Virus record (IMG/VR): IMGVR_UViG_3300043436_004687
Span: 248,001-312,000 of that record
Length of the DNA stretch: 64,000 nt
Reading direction: 5' to 3' (one strand)
Shown: in pieces, positions 47,941 through 59,282 of the stretch
How the letters are laid out: each line of letters begins with the position of its first letter
How positions within the stretch are numbered: position 1 is the first letter of the stretch
Notes under the pieces: model-generated
What the model was told of the DNA's origin: nothing
Seen by the model: the letters and a program-made list of their open reading frames with translations, nothing else
Database searches by the model: none
Program-made: the position numbers and the translations under genes

Positions 47941-48383
47941 TTTGAATTGTGTTATTTGATTAATACACTACAAAGATATGAATTTATATCTTATAAAACA
48001 AACTTATTATGTTAAAGTTTTGAGTTATAATATTCAATAAATTTTTCAAGGGTTTTAAAATAACCTAATACAAACCCTTCGTCTTCGGACTCTTCAAAAC
48101 CATCAAATTTGGGTGCATCTAATTCGGGAGCGCACATTTGATAACGTTCCATAATTTGGGTTAATAAGCTTGTTTCTCTCGAAATTAAAGCGCCTATTTC
48201 CTTACGATTAAATATAATTGATTGGTAGTATTCTCGACCTCTGCCAGTCGAATTTGGTTCACTAAAAGTAATTTGATTTGTGTTTGTGATTCTCATAATG
48301 TTTGTTGATTAATACATAGCAAAGATATAACTTTATATTTAGATATACAAATAAAAAGTGAATTATTTTCAAATATGCGTTAT

Positions 48384-48460
48384 AAAAAAATATAAGGTAG
48401 GTTGGAGTCTACTCTTCCACCTTGTTAGGGTACGCCCTTTGGGAGTTTTGCTCTACCAAC
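48384..48460 (-). ncRNA. Small RNA family, copy A
   Basis: TACCTTTG (48465-72) then GTTGGTAGAGCAAAACTCCCAAAGGGCGTACCCTAACAAGGTGGAAGA-GTAGACTCC-AACCTACCTTATA-T7. Confidence 0.7.
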
Positions 48461-48480
48461 ACTACAAAGGTATGAATAAA

Positions 48481-48596
48481 GATCCATATATGCAAATAAA
48501 AAGTGTTAAATTTTTACAAATAAAAAACCCTATTCACTCTGAAGTTTGGAATAGGGTTTTTAAAAACAAATGTTAGTATTAATCAGATAAAACATT
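48481..48596. repeat. 116-bp perfect direct repeat, copy 1 (copy 2 at 50892-51007)
   Basis: Base-by-base identity from gatccatatatgc to gataaaacatt; includes a terminator hairpin and the -33 region of the sRNA promoter. Confidence 0.9.
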
Positions 48597-50810
48597 TTTC
48601 TTTTTAGGGTTCAATAAACTATCTATAAATTTATTGAATGTATTTCTTTTGTAGGGTTTGTAATTTATTTCGGTATTGAATAAGGCTTTAAATTTATTCA
48701 ATTGGTACTGAATACCCGATTTTTGCAATTTGATAGGATTTTCTTTTTTCAATCTATTTTTGAATGAAATTGAAAATCTTTTTAGGTCGTAATAGCTAGG
48801 AATTATTTGAATGTTTAAAATTCTCAAGCTATATAATTTATAATCGTTTCTAAATGATTTCATATATTAATAATTGTATGAATTAATAAATTTTACACAA
48901 GCGTTATAAGTCGCATTTATTTTTGATTCATTAAAAGAAAATGAACCACTTTGTATAAATAATTCTCTTTCGTCATTTGGTTCAATTACACAACTATAAT
49001 TTTCTATGTTAACACTATATCCTAAACTTTCAATCTTTTCAACTACTTTCATTAACCAATTCCAGTCAGTATGATATTTAGAATATTTTGCAATACCTTG
49101 AATTACTTTCTCAATATCGTTTTCTCTTATTGAGAAAAAAGGCATATCTGAAAAACTATAAACTCCATCTAATTCACATTTAGGTTTTAAACCAACAAAT
49201 TCGTTTATAATTCTATTATTTTCTTCAATAGTTGGAACAATGTTTAAACTTTCCTTTGCTCTTTCAAGGGTGTTAAAATCTCCGCTTTCAAAGTTTTCCC
49301 CATTTTCAAAGATTCGTGTAAAGAATTTTTTACCTTCTTTAACTACTTGCATATTGTTTTTTTCAAAAACTACTTCTTGTGTGTTCATAATGTTTTTTTG
49401 TTATCTTGATTAATACACTACAAAGATATAACTTTATTTTTTAATATGCAAATTTATTTATTAAAAAATTGTATAATACAACCATTTTGATTAATATTGT
49501 AATTTTGGTTTAATATGGTTGTGTTATTGCTTTTGATTAGTATTGAATTCGTACTAGGTGTATTGTTAGTTATTTTTACTTCAAAATAACCTCTTTTTAA
49601 TAAGGAAACATTTATATTCCTTTGAGTTGTTTTCAATAGTGTATCGGGTGTAATTCCGTTATAATCAATTAAGATTAAACTGCTATTGGTTGCACCTTGC
49701 CAATTGATTTGGTTTTGTGTAAATTCGGCTTTCGGTGGTTCGTTTTTAATGTTAACATTTTCGTTATCAGCTGTACAACTTGCCAATAGAAAGATTAACG
49801 AAAATGCAACTAATTTCATTATCGACAAAGTAAAGAATAATTTTTTCATAATATGTATTTTTAATGGTTAATACCTCAACAAAGATATAAATTAATATTT
49901 TAATATGCAAACTATTTTAGATAATTTTTTTCATAAATATCAAATTGTCCTACAATTGATAATAAGCCGTTTTCATCATTTAAAGTATCTTTGGTAATGA
50001 TTTTACCATCCTTTGATTGATATTGAGTCAAAACGCCTTTAAATTGCTTTATATAATCTATTTCGTTTTCAAATAACCATAAATCATATTCGGGGTTTGT
50101 TGGGTGTTGTAATTCGGTTTTAAATCTATATCCGTGTTGAGTATATTTAACCTCAACAATTAGAGTAGATTTTCCGTTGTATTGTGGATAATGACAATTT
50201 TTAATAACTACCCTTTCATTTTTATAATCGTATGGTGTCATATTATTTTGTTATTGGGGTGTAAATGTTGCTATTCATTGCAATTCTGTGAGTTTCTTGT
50301 GTTGCGTGGTCAAAAAATTGTAAGTAACCATTATGTTTATTACTTAACAATTGACAATTTTTATAGGTTGTTGGTGGAAAACCATAACTAGGGTTTATAT
50401 CTTGTGTTACATCAGCAAAATAGGGCATGAATTTATTGTTAACATCAATTGCATCCTTTGGTGGGTTGCTTGAATATTCCCACAATCTTGATTGAAATGC
50501 TAATTTGCCATTAGTATCAAAAAATTTACCATCCTTTTCAAATATGTTTGGCATTGGTTCTTTTGTATATAATACTTGACCAATTAAATCGAATTTTACT
50601 ATTTTGAATACCATAATTATATTTGAATTAAGGTTAAAACTATTAATGATAAGAATGTAAGCAAAGCAATGTTTACTTTAGTTTGAATTTCTTTTGATGC
50701 TTTTTTAGTTGTTGCCATCGTTATAATAATGTTTGTTGATTAATACACTACAAAGATATAAAATAATATTTACTTATCCTAATAAAATGTGTTAAAATTT
50801 TCAACCTTAT

Positions 50811-50871
50811 AAAAAAAATATAAGGTTGGTTGGAGTCTACGTCTCAACTTTTCTCGTTTGCTTTGTATTAC
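50811..50871 (-). ncRNA. Small RNA family, copy B
   Basis: TACCTTTA (50876-83) then GTAATACAAAGCAAACGAGAAAAGTTGAGAC-GTAGACTCC-AACCAACCTTATA-T8. Confidence 0.65.
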
Positions 50872-51011
50872 TATGTAAAGGTACAACAAAGGATCCATAT
50901 ATGCAAATAAAAAGTGTTAAATTTTTACAAATAAAAAACCCTATTCACTCTGAAGTTTGGAATAGGGTTTTTAAAAACAAATGTTAGTATTAATCAGATA
51001 AAACATTCGAT

Positions 51012-51368
51012 TTTAAAAATAGGGAATAGTTTTCTCACCCTATTATGATTGAAACTTTAATATCATCCGACAATGGCGCACATATTGGCAAATCGGAATT
51101 AAATCAATCTTTGACAAAACCACCTATCTAGTTTTTATCTTCTCTTTGAGCCGTGTGAAATCAGTTAATATAAAACGGCATTTGATAGGAATTTAAAATA
51201 AACCATTGTGTTAAGTTGCGTACACTACTACTTGCAATATTAATAAGATTTTAAACACTTGTAATCCTAGTCTTCTTTATGGTTTATTATTTTTTAAAAT
51301 GAAAGGTAAGTCTTGATGTCTTACGTTAATTCGTTTTATGATGGCTTGCTTACAACCCTCTCATTTCT
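51012..51368 (-). ncRNA. Candidate ~355-nt structured non-coding RNA of unrecognised class
   Basis: Own TACCTTTG promoter (51373-80) and terminator (51015-44); I found no sizeable ORF on the transcribed strand; four nested-helix domains identified by eye. Confidence 0.7.
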
Positions 51369-52610
51369 TTTACAAAGGTAATTCTTTTATTTTAAACTAC
51401 CAAATATTTTTTGTTAAATTTTCAATAAAGTTTTACATTCTAAACCAAATGAATTGTTTATAAAAACCTCTTTCATTTGATATTTTCTACCATTCTTTAA
51501 TTGGAATTTATCCAATGCGTCTTGACTTTTAAATTCTTTTATGAATGTCATATTAAATAAATTTTCGTATGTTGTCAGCCTCTTTTTTATATTCAGAAGT
51601 TTTGATTTTATATTCTGAACATACGTCTTCTAAAATTGTCAAAGCCAACAAAGAATTATGTTTTAAGAATTCGCTATCTGAACCAATAGCACCGCTATTT
51701 AAAGCACGTTCTAATTTCTTGAATGCGTTTTCTTCAATATCTTTTAACATTTGTTTTACTCTTACTTTGGAGTATCTTAATGCAGTTTTTTTAGTATTGT
51801 CCATAATGTATTTTGATTAATATTTCTTTAGCAAAGATATGAATTAATATTTAAACTACCAAATAAAAAATGTTAAAGTTTTCTATAATCAAAATTAATA
51901 AGGGAATTGCCTCTTGCTCTCTTTTGAATCATTGGTAAAAATCCAGCACTAAAATAAGGATATTGCCTTTCTAATTCTTTGAATTTTTTTGTACGTCTAT
52001 CTAACTTTTCAATTACAATATGTACCTTTAATTCAAAATAATCAAATATGTTAACATTCAAATCAGCAATTTCCTGGCTTTCAAACATTGTACTATTGCA
52101 TTGTCTATTGGTAAGATTTTCTTTTGCGTTAAGCATAATAAATGTATCTCTACCTATCTGAACTAAACTAAATACTTTTTTCATTTTGTTTTTATTTATT
52201 TGATTAATACACTACAAAGATATGAATTTATATTTTAATATCCTAACAAATTATGATAAACTTTTAGCGCAAAAGCTTTCTTTTACATCTTCAAAGTTTC
52301 TTTCAATTAATTCTATAGTTACATTTAAAATATAACGTTCATCCGTTTCTTTGTTTCCACATCTTAACCAAGTTGAAACATTTTCAGCATCAATCGCAAC
52401 TATAAATAAATCCCAATTAATACCACTACTAAATGTAATTTGTAATCTATATTTATGTGCTTTTTTCATTTTGTTTTTTATTATCTTGATTAATACACTA
52501 CAAAGATATGAATTAATATCTTATAAAACAAATAAATTATCATTTATTTTTATTTGAAATTTTAACACTTTTTATTTGGTGGTTTAAAATATATTTTGTA
52601 CCTTTGTTAT

Positions 52611-52690
52611 GTTGAAAGATACAAACAAAGAAAGTAATGAAAATTATTGATACGTAGACTCCGTCACACCCATATATGAAATATTTTTTT
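52611..52690 (+). ncRNA. Small RNA family, copy C (divergent 3' end)
   Basis: TACCTTTG (52599-606); AGTAAT-GAAA-ATTATT hairpin; GTAGACTCC at 52654; terminator 52699-730. Confidence 0.6.
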
Positions 52691-54193
52691 AAAAGCATAA
52701 AAAATCCGTATTATAATAATACGGATTTTTAAATATAATTTAGTATGTAAAATTTCTCGTTCTACCTAAAAGAGTATAACGGCTTTTATCGCCTAAATAA
52801 GTCAATTGTACATTAACAACCATTCTTACAATATCCTCAAAACTTCCACTAGTAAAAGAAACATCTTTCAAACTACCAATTGAAAATTTAACCTTGATAG
52901 TTAACACTTCGCAATATTCGGTTTTAGTTGCTTTGATTGTATATTTTACATTCAATTCTTTTAAATAGTCTTTAACGTTTCCATTGTACTGAAGTGTTTT
53001 ACTTCCCATATTCCACCAATGGATTAATAAATTTGACTTTAAAATTCTTTCTATTTCTCTTTTGTTGTATGGTTCCATAATATTTTTATGTTATTTGATT
53101 AATACACTACAAAGATATAAAATAATATTTACATACGCAAATAAAAATGCAAAAAAAAATCCATTATTTTCATAATGGATTTTTAGACGTTTTAAGCAAC
53201 GTTATTAGATTTAATGACTACTAACTCTAAATGGTTGGAAATCTTTAACCTCAAAGCTTTTAATTGCATCCACATCCAATTTAACTTCATTGAATAAATT
53301 CAATGTTGGATTGTTTGCACCCTCAACCATTTTTTTAACGCTTGCATCATACAAAGGAATCAAGTCTTCAACCTTAGCACCGCAATAGATAACATTTGCT
53401 TTCATATCTAGCTTAGACATTGCAATATATGTAACATACAAATATTTAATTTCATCTTGACTAAACAAATCGAAATTTTCAGCTAAAAAATCACTTGCTC
53501 GGTTTAATTCTTTTGCACCATTCAAAGAAAATGCAGTAGTTTTAATATGATTGTTTTCATCATAGAATCTAACTAAAAATTGAGAATAGGTAGATTTTTT
53601 AGGTTTGTTTTTTAATCCAGTTTTTGGATTGATAGTTTGCGTTACGTGACGATAACCCTTCTTTTTATCGAATTCAATTGAATCAAACAAAGTAGTTCTA
53701 GCTGTGTAACCATAAGGATAATTTTCTACTTCTACTACTTCTGATGTTGGGATAAATTTTCTCATTTTGTTTTATGTTATTTGATTAATACACTACAAAG
53801 ATATAAATTAATATTTACTTATGCAAATTTATTTTGAATTAATTTTGATATTTGAATGAATAAAATAATTGTTATTATCTTTCAATCTCAATTTTCTCAA
53901 TTTCATAATACAAATATTTGGAATATCTGAAATGTGGATAATTTTATAATGATTGTTATTAATTCGTTTTAATAATAAAGTAGGGTTTGGATTAAATATT
54001 TCATTAATTGAATTGAAAGAACCATTTGGAATACCTACAAAAATATGTGAATTTTTAAATTTTCTCATTTGAATTATGTTCTTGATTAATACACTACAAA
54101 GATATAAAATAAAATGTTACAATCCTAATAAAAAAATGAATTATTTTTTATTTAAAATTTGTGTATATGGATTTTTATTTGTACCTTTGTAGT

Positions 54194-54272
54194 GTTGGTA
54201 GTGAAAACTGAAACGGGTTACTAATCAAAAATTAGTCAGAGGGTGGACTCCGACCTACCTTATATTTTTTTT
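54194..54272 (+). ncRNA. Small RNA family, copy D
   Basis: TACCTTTG (54182-89); AGT-GAAA-ACT and ACTAAT-CAAAA-ATTAGT hairpins; GTGGACTCC-GACCTACCTTATA-T8; terminator 54290-322. Confidence 0.7.
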
Positions 54273-55611
54273 AAAAAAAACTGAAGACAAAAAAACCATA
54301 TAAATTTCTTATATGGTTTTTTAATTTATTATTTTCGATCTCTATTTTATTAAGTATATATTATTTATAGTTACCTATTCGGGTGGTGCTTTATTTCTAT
54401 CCATCTTTAAATTATTAATCAGCGTTCAAAACTTCTAAATTGTAACCAATGTTTTCTAATTCGTTAAACAAATCTTTGTATTGTTCTTTGGTTGCATCCT
54501 TGCAATTGTTTTTGATAAAATCAGAATGACAAATTGAGTGTTGCCCTAAATTAGCATAACAATCAAATCCATTATCTTTATTTGGCATTTCTGGGAATAC
54601 TGCCAAAACCTCGCTAAATGGTTGTTCATCCAATTCACTTGGTGTATATGTAGCAATGTAAAATTGTACTTTGGTAATTTCTGTATCTTTTTTCATTTTG
54701 TTTTTATTTATTTGATTAATACACTACAAAGATATGAATTTATATTTTAATATCCTAATAAAATATCAATTATTTTCTAAAACCATTTAAAAGTTCATCT
54801 AGTAAAATATAACCTACTCCGATAAATGGTAAACCGCTATTTGGTTCGTAGTTATAATTGTATTGTAGTCTAATTTGCAATTCATTATTTTTATCTAATA
54901 AGAAATTTTGAAATCTACTAAATCCAGTAATTGATTTTTTAAGAATTTCGTTTACTTCTTTATCAGCTTTTTTTTCTTCATCTGTAAAATCACTTCTTTT
55001 TATTCCTTCATAACCTTTATTTTGAAGTGTTAATGATGGAAAATTTTTATAAATTTCTAATAAAGTTGAATGTTGCTCCTTAGTTAATAAATTGATTTTC
55101 ATAATGATTTTATTTATCTTGATTAATACACTACAAAGATATAAATTAATATTTAGATATACAAATTTATTTTACTTTATTTTCACTATATAATTTTTTC
55201 GCTTTATATTGATAACTACCAAAAGAAACAATATGTTTTTCTACTAAATTATGAATAGTTGCATTATTACTTTCACAAGCTTTTGACAACCTACCTATAA
55301 AAACCTTATAAGTTAAAGCACCATTATTAAAATCCTCAATTGATTTTCTTGCTTTCCAATAGTTTTGATTTTCAGTAGTTCCGTGATTTTCATTTGGAAA
55401 AAATCTACTAGTTACTTCCGTAGCCACCTTATTGAAAAAATCTTCTGTTGTATGTATCATAATATTTTATTTATCTTGATTAATATGATACAAAGATATA
55501 AAATAATATTTTAATATTCTAATAAAATATGTTAAAATTTAATCATAAAATATTTTAAAAATAATTGTATTTTTATTTGGTAGTTTAAAATAATTGTCGT
55601 ACCTTTGTAGT

Positions 55612-55691
55612 GTTGGTGGTGATAACCGAAACAGGCTCCTACAATTCTTTTGCGGGCGGAGGGTGGACTCCGACCTACCTTATATTTTTTT
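55612..55691 (+). ncRNA. Small RNA family, copy E
   Basis: TACCTTTG (55600-07); GGT-GATA-ACC hairpin; GTGGACTCC-GACCTACCTTATA-T7; terminator 55709-739. Confidence 0.7.
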
Positions 55692-57516
55692 AAAAAAAAA
55701 GATATAAAAAAATTCCATATATTAACTATATGGAATTTTCAAAACCAAACCAAAACCTATTTAACCAATCTTAAAAAATCATCCAATTTACTACCACATC
55801 TTAAAGTAATTTTTTCGTAAACATGACCATTGTCCCCAATCTCAAAAAAGTATTCAACGTCTTCAGTTCTCAAGCTACCCTTTTTACCACCTTTAACGCT
55901 ATTGTGAACCTCTAAACCAGTGTTTTGTATTCTAGTTAAAAACGCATTTGTTTTTTCATCAATTTCGTTTTGTTCAATGTTTTTTAAAACCTCAACCGCT
56001 TGCAAATAACTTAACCAATCATCCATTTTTTTAATGGTTGGTTTACCTACTTTGTTAGGCATAACTAAATCGTGCTTTATATCAGTTTTTGAACCATTAA
56101 GTAAAGAAAACTCGAAACTAGTTTCGTTGTAACGCTTAAATGGTCTTAACAAAATACCTTTAAACTCAACATATACATCAATAATATCGTGGTAATTTTT
56201 TATTTGTTCAATATCATTTTTAACATCTAAATAAGGAATAATTTTTACAATCCCTTCAAAGTGTTTTAAACTATCTAATTTTTCTTTTAAATATTTTTCA
56301 CTATATTCAGTTAAAATGTAACCTTCTTTTTTTGCTTGCTCTAATGTAATTTGATTTTTCATAATTAAATAATGTTTGTTGATTAATACATAGCAAAGAT
56401 ATAAATTAATATTTACATATACAAATAAAATATGTTAAAATTTCAAATTAATCTATACCCCAACCACATTCGTCATACTCATTACTATTTTTGCAAATAT
56501 AACAAGCAATTACATTAATAATTTCATTTAAAAATAACATAGCATTTTCTTCTAATTCTGTCAAATTTCTAATATCAGTTATATGCTCAACTTCAATTTG
56601 ATAATCTAAACATTGTAATTGTTTAAATAAATTAATTGGACTCAATTTAAAAATAGGAGTTTTTTCAAAAACTTGTAAATTTTCCTTTGCAATTTCAGCA
56701 TCTAAAACACCCTCGTAATGATGCTTATATTGAAGTGTAACTGCCAATACATTAATTTTTCTTAACTCATCAACAATCAAATCAATTTCATTTTGCCAAT
56801 CATTTTTTTTGTTGACAATGTTTTCAAATTTTTCTTTCAATTCATAAGGCAAATAAAAATTAGATTTTGAAATTAATACTTTCAATGATTCAGCAATTGA
56901 ATTAAAATGTTTCGGACTGCAAATGTAACTAGACATAATATTTTATTTTTATTGATTAATACCTTACAAAGATATAAAATAATATCTTAATAAACAAACT
57001 TTAAATGTTAAATTTTTGAAATTTCACTTGGACTTAATCTAACATCTTTTTTACAATCAGTAGTACCATATACAAACGAACCTCTTTTCATTGGATATGG
57101 TGGAAATGATTTAATAACAAATTCAGTACCCATTGCAATTTTTTCTTTATAGTCAAAACTCTCTACTAAAGTTTTACATCTATCTCCAACTTTAAAACCT
57201 TTATAACTTAACATAATTTAATCGTTTAAATGTTCAAATACATCGTTGGTACTCATTCCCATAGTACGAGGAAAATTAATATATTGTAAGTCATTATTTT
57301 CATCAATATAACTAAATATATCGTTAACCTCATTACTTCTCACAAATTGAATATTACTTGCTTTCATTTTTTTATCTTTATTGATTAATACACTACAAAG
57401 ATATAAATAAAATTCCATATAAACAAATAAATTAATATCTTTTTTACAATAAAAATAATTTGAAATTTTAACACTTTTTATTTGTATATTCAAAAAACAA
57501 TTTGTACCTTTGTAGT

Positions 57517-57591
57517 GTTGGTAGAGAATATCCCAAAAGAAAGTAATGAAAATTATTGATACGTAGACTCCAACCTACCTTATATTTTTTT
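57517..57591 (+). ncRNA. Small RNA family, copy F
   Basis: TACCTTTG (57505-12); 5' part like copy A, middle identical to copy C; GTAGACTCC-AACCTACCTTATA-T7; terminator 57606-634. Confidence 0.7.
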
Positions 57592-58068
57592 ATAAAGATA
57601 TAAAAAAATATTCCATACATTATATGGAATATTTAAAAACATATTAATTAATATATTAATTCTTTTATAAATTTAAAATCCTTATCAAATTTAACTAACT
57701 TTTCTTTATTGGTTAAACTATTGATAATACCACAATCTAAAGTATAAGAGTTTTTATTTTTGTAAACTCTTGCCTTATGTAAAAATATCTTTGTTTTAGA
57801 TAATAAACTATCTAAAGCATAATATCTATTTTTTTCTAAATAGATATGAACATAACCCAATTTTTGCAATCCCTCTTTACTATTATTAGCTTGTACCAAA
57901 ATAGTGTTTTCTAAATTTGTGAAATACATAATATTTTACTTTATCGATTAATACACTACAAAGATATAAAATAATATCTTATAAAACAAATAAAAATCAA
58001 TAAAAAATAAATTAAAAATAATTGCATTTTTATTTGCATATCTAAAATTTTATTCGTACCTTTGTTAT

Positions 58069-58130
58069 ATACAAAGCAAGGGAGCAAACCTGAGAAGTAG
58101 ACTCCACCCTACAATAAACTCAACTTATTT
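58069..58130 (+). ncRNA. Small RNA family, copy G
   Basis: TACCTTTG (58057-64); ATACAAAGCAAGGGAGCAAACCTGAGAA-GTAGACTCC; colinear with copy B; no clear U-tract. Confidence 0.6.
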
Positions 58131-58306
58131 ATAACAAGTCTAAATTATAAAAATTTAACAAAATAAATTTGCATATCTAAAAAACAATTCATACCTTTGC
58201 ATTTGACTGAATAGTGTACACTCACCCAAAAATGTAGTGTACACCCAACTCATACAACCATATCACAAAAGTACCCTCTAATGCGGTACAACACAACTAT
58301 GAAGTA

Positions 58307-58618
58307 ATGCCAAACATAAAAAAACTAAAAGAAGCATACAACAAAGCAAGCCAATCAAAAATTGGTGATAAAACAATATGCCCTTCTTGTAACAACTCAT
58401 TCGAGAAAAAAACATATAACCAAATATTCTGTAAAGCAAAACCAAATACAACTTGTAAAGACTATTACTGGAATAACATAACACCCAATAAAAGAAATAA
58501 CAAAACTAGAATATCACCAGCTTCCAAAAGATTCATGGCTAATAATATATTATATAATATATTTAACCCCGATGACTATGAACACCCCTTCAGCTCCGAT
58601 GCTCTAGGACAAGACTAA
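58307..58618 (+). CDS. Cys-rich (zinc-finger-like) hypothetical protein
   Basis: CPSC...FC...C pattern; preceded by a TACCTTTG promoter near 58192 and a ~105-nt leader. Confidence 0.65.
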   Translation: MPNIKKLKEAYNKASQSKIGDKTICPSCNNSFEKKTYNQIFCKAKPNTTCKDYYWNNITPNKRNNKTRISPASKRFMANNILYNIFNPDDYEHPFSSDALGQD

Positions 58619-58772
58619 AATTATATTTCATAGCAATCATGTAAGGTTAAAACTGACTATGCGTATATGAAACATAATATATAAAATATCCCCAAGTACA
58701 CATTTGTGTTTATAAAATTTAATGTATTGTGTACTTTATAATTTTTCACTCTATTTATAATAAAAGATTATT

Positions 58773-59282
58773 ATGGGTAGAAATATGGAAGTTAGAAAAA
58801 AATATTTAGAAGCTAATAAAGAAAAAATAAAAGAACAAAAGAAAATTCGTTATGAAGCTAATAAAGAAAAAATAAAAGAATATCAAAAAAATTATCGTAT
58901 AAATAATAAAGAAAAAATAAATAATTATTATAAACGAAAAAGAAGTGAGGATGAATTGTATAAATTAAAAGGAAATACAAGAAATTTAGTCAAAAATTCA
59001 CTTAAAGGTTTTTTTAAAAACATATATAGAACAGAAGAAATCTTAGGTTGTACACTAGAAGATTTTAAATTACACTTAGAATCAAAATTCGAATCATGGA
59101 TGAATTGGGGTAATTATGGTATCTGTAATGGTGAATTAAATTATGGATGGGATATTGACCATGTTATACCAATATCGAGTGCTAAAACATTAGATGACGT
59201 ATATCGTTTAAATCATTATACTAACCTACAACCATTATGTAGTTATACTAATAGATATATAAAAAGGGATAGCTACACATAA
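58773..59282 (+). CDS. HNH-type endonuclease, paralogue of 2849-3553
   Basis: EANKEKIKE repeats, then ILGCTLEDFKLHLESKFESWMNW...WDIDHVIPISSAKT...NLQPLCSYTNR. Confidence 0.8.
   Translation: MGRNMEVRKKYLEANKEKIKEQKKIRYEANKEKIKEYQKNYRINNKEKINNYYKRKRSEDELYKLKGNTRNLVKNSLKGFFKNIYRTEEILGCTLEDFKLHLESKFESWMNWGNYGICNGELNYGWDIDHVIPISSAKTLDDVYRLNHYTNLQPLCSYTNRYIKRDSYT

Larger units (their letters stand above)
48012..57929 (-). other. About 20 short, individually promoted early hypothetical genes (includes lipoprotein 49454-49849 and a 33-aa membrane peptide 50617-50718)
   Basis: Each lies just downstream of a promoter cassette; 49454-49849 has LLASC. The true start of the 57218 ORF is probably MKASN at 57368, because the listed start runs through the promoter. 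Confidence 0.75.

Noticed and set aside
48358-48576. 72-aa plus-strand ORF
   Set aside because: It runs antisense across small RNA copy A, its promoter and a terminator; very likely spurious.
51012-51368. tmRNA, RNase P RNA or group I intron identity for the long RNA
   Set aside because: Similar size, but it lacks the tmRNA acceptor and T-arm ends, the RNase P GAGGAAAGUCC motif, and a recognisable P7 pair; it also does not interrupt a gene.
54236-55680. REP-like reading (GTAG plus 7-bp hairpin on the opposite strand of copies D and E)
   Set aside because: Not preferred: the hairpin is poor in copies C and G, no RAYT/TnpA gene is in the window, and the promoters, GNRA-like loops and U-tracts all point to the other strand. 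Kept as a fallback hypothesis.
47956-58130. CRISPR array interpretation of the repeated 23-mer and the small RNA units
   Set aside because: Repeats are separated by whole genes (hundreds of bp), match a promoter consensus, and no cas genes are present in the window.
48384-58130. tRNA, T-box, hammerhead or 5S loop E identity for the small RNAs
   Set aside because: No GTTCRA T-loop, consistent anticodon arm or CCA end. The GGGTGG T-box-like run occurs only in copies D and E. No CUGANGA hammerhead core. The GTAGTG match to 5S lies in the promoter, upstream of the predicted start.
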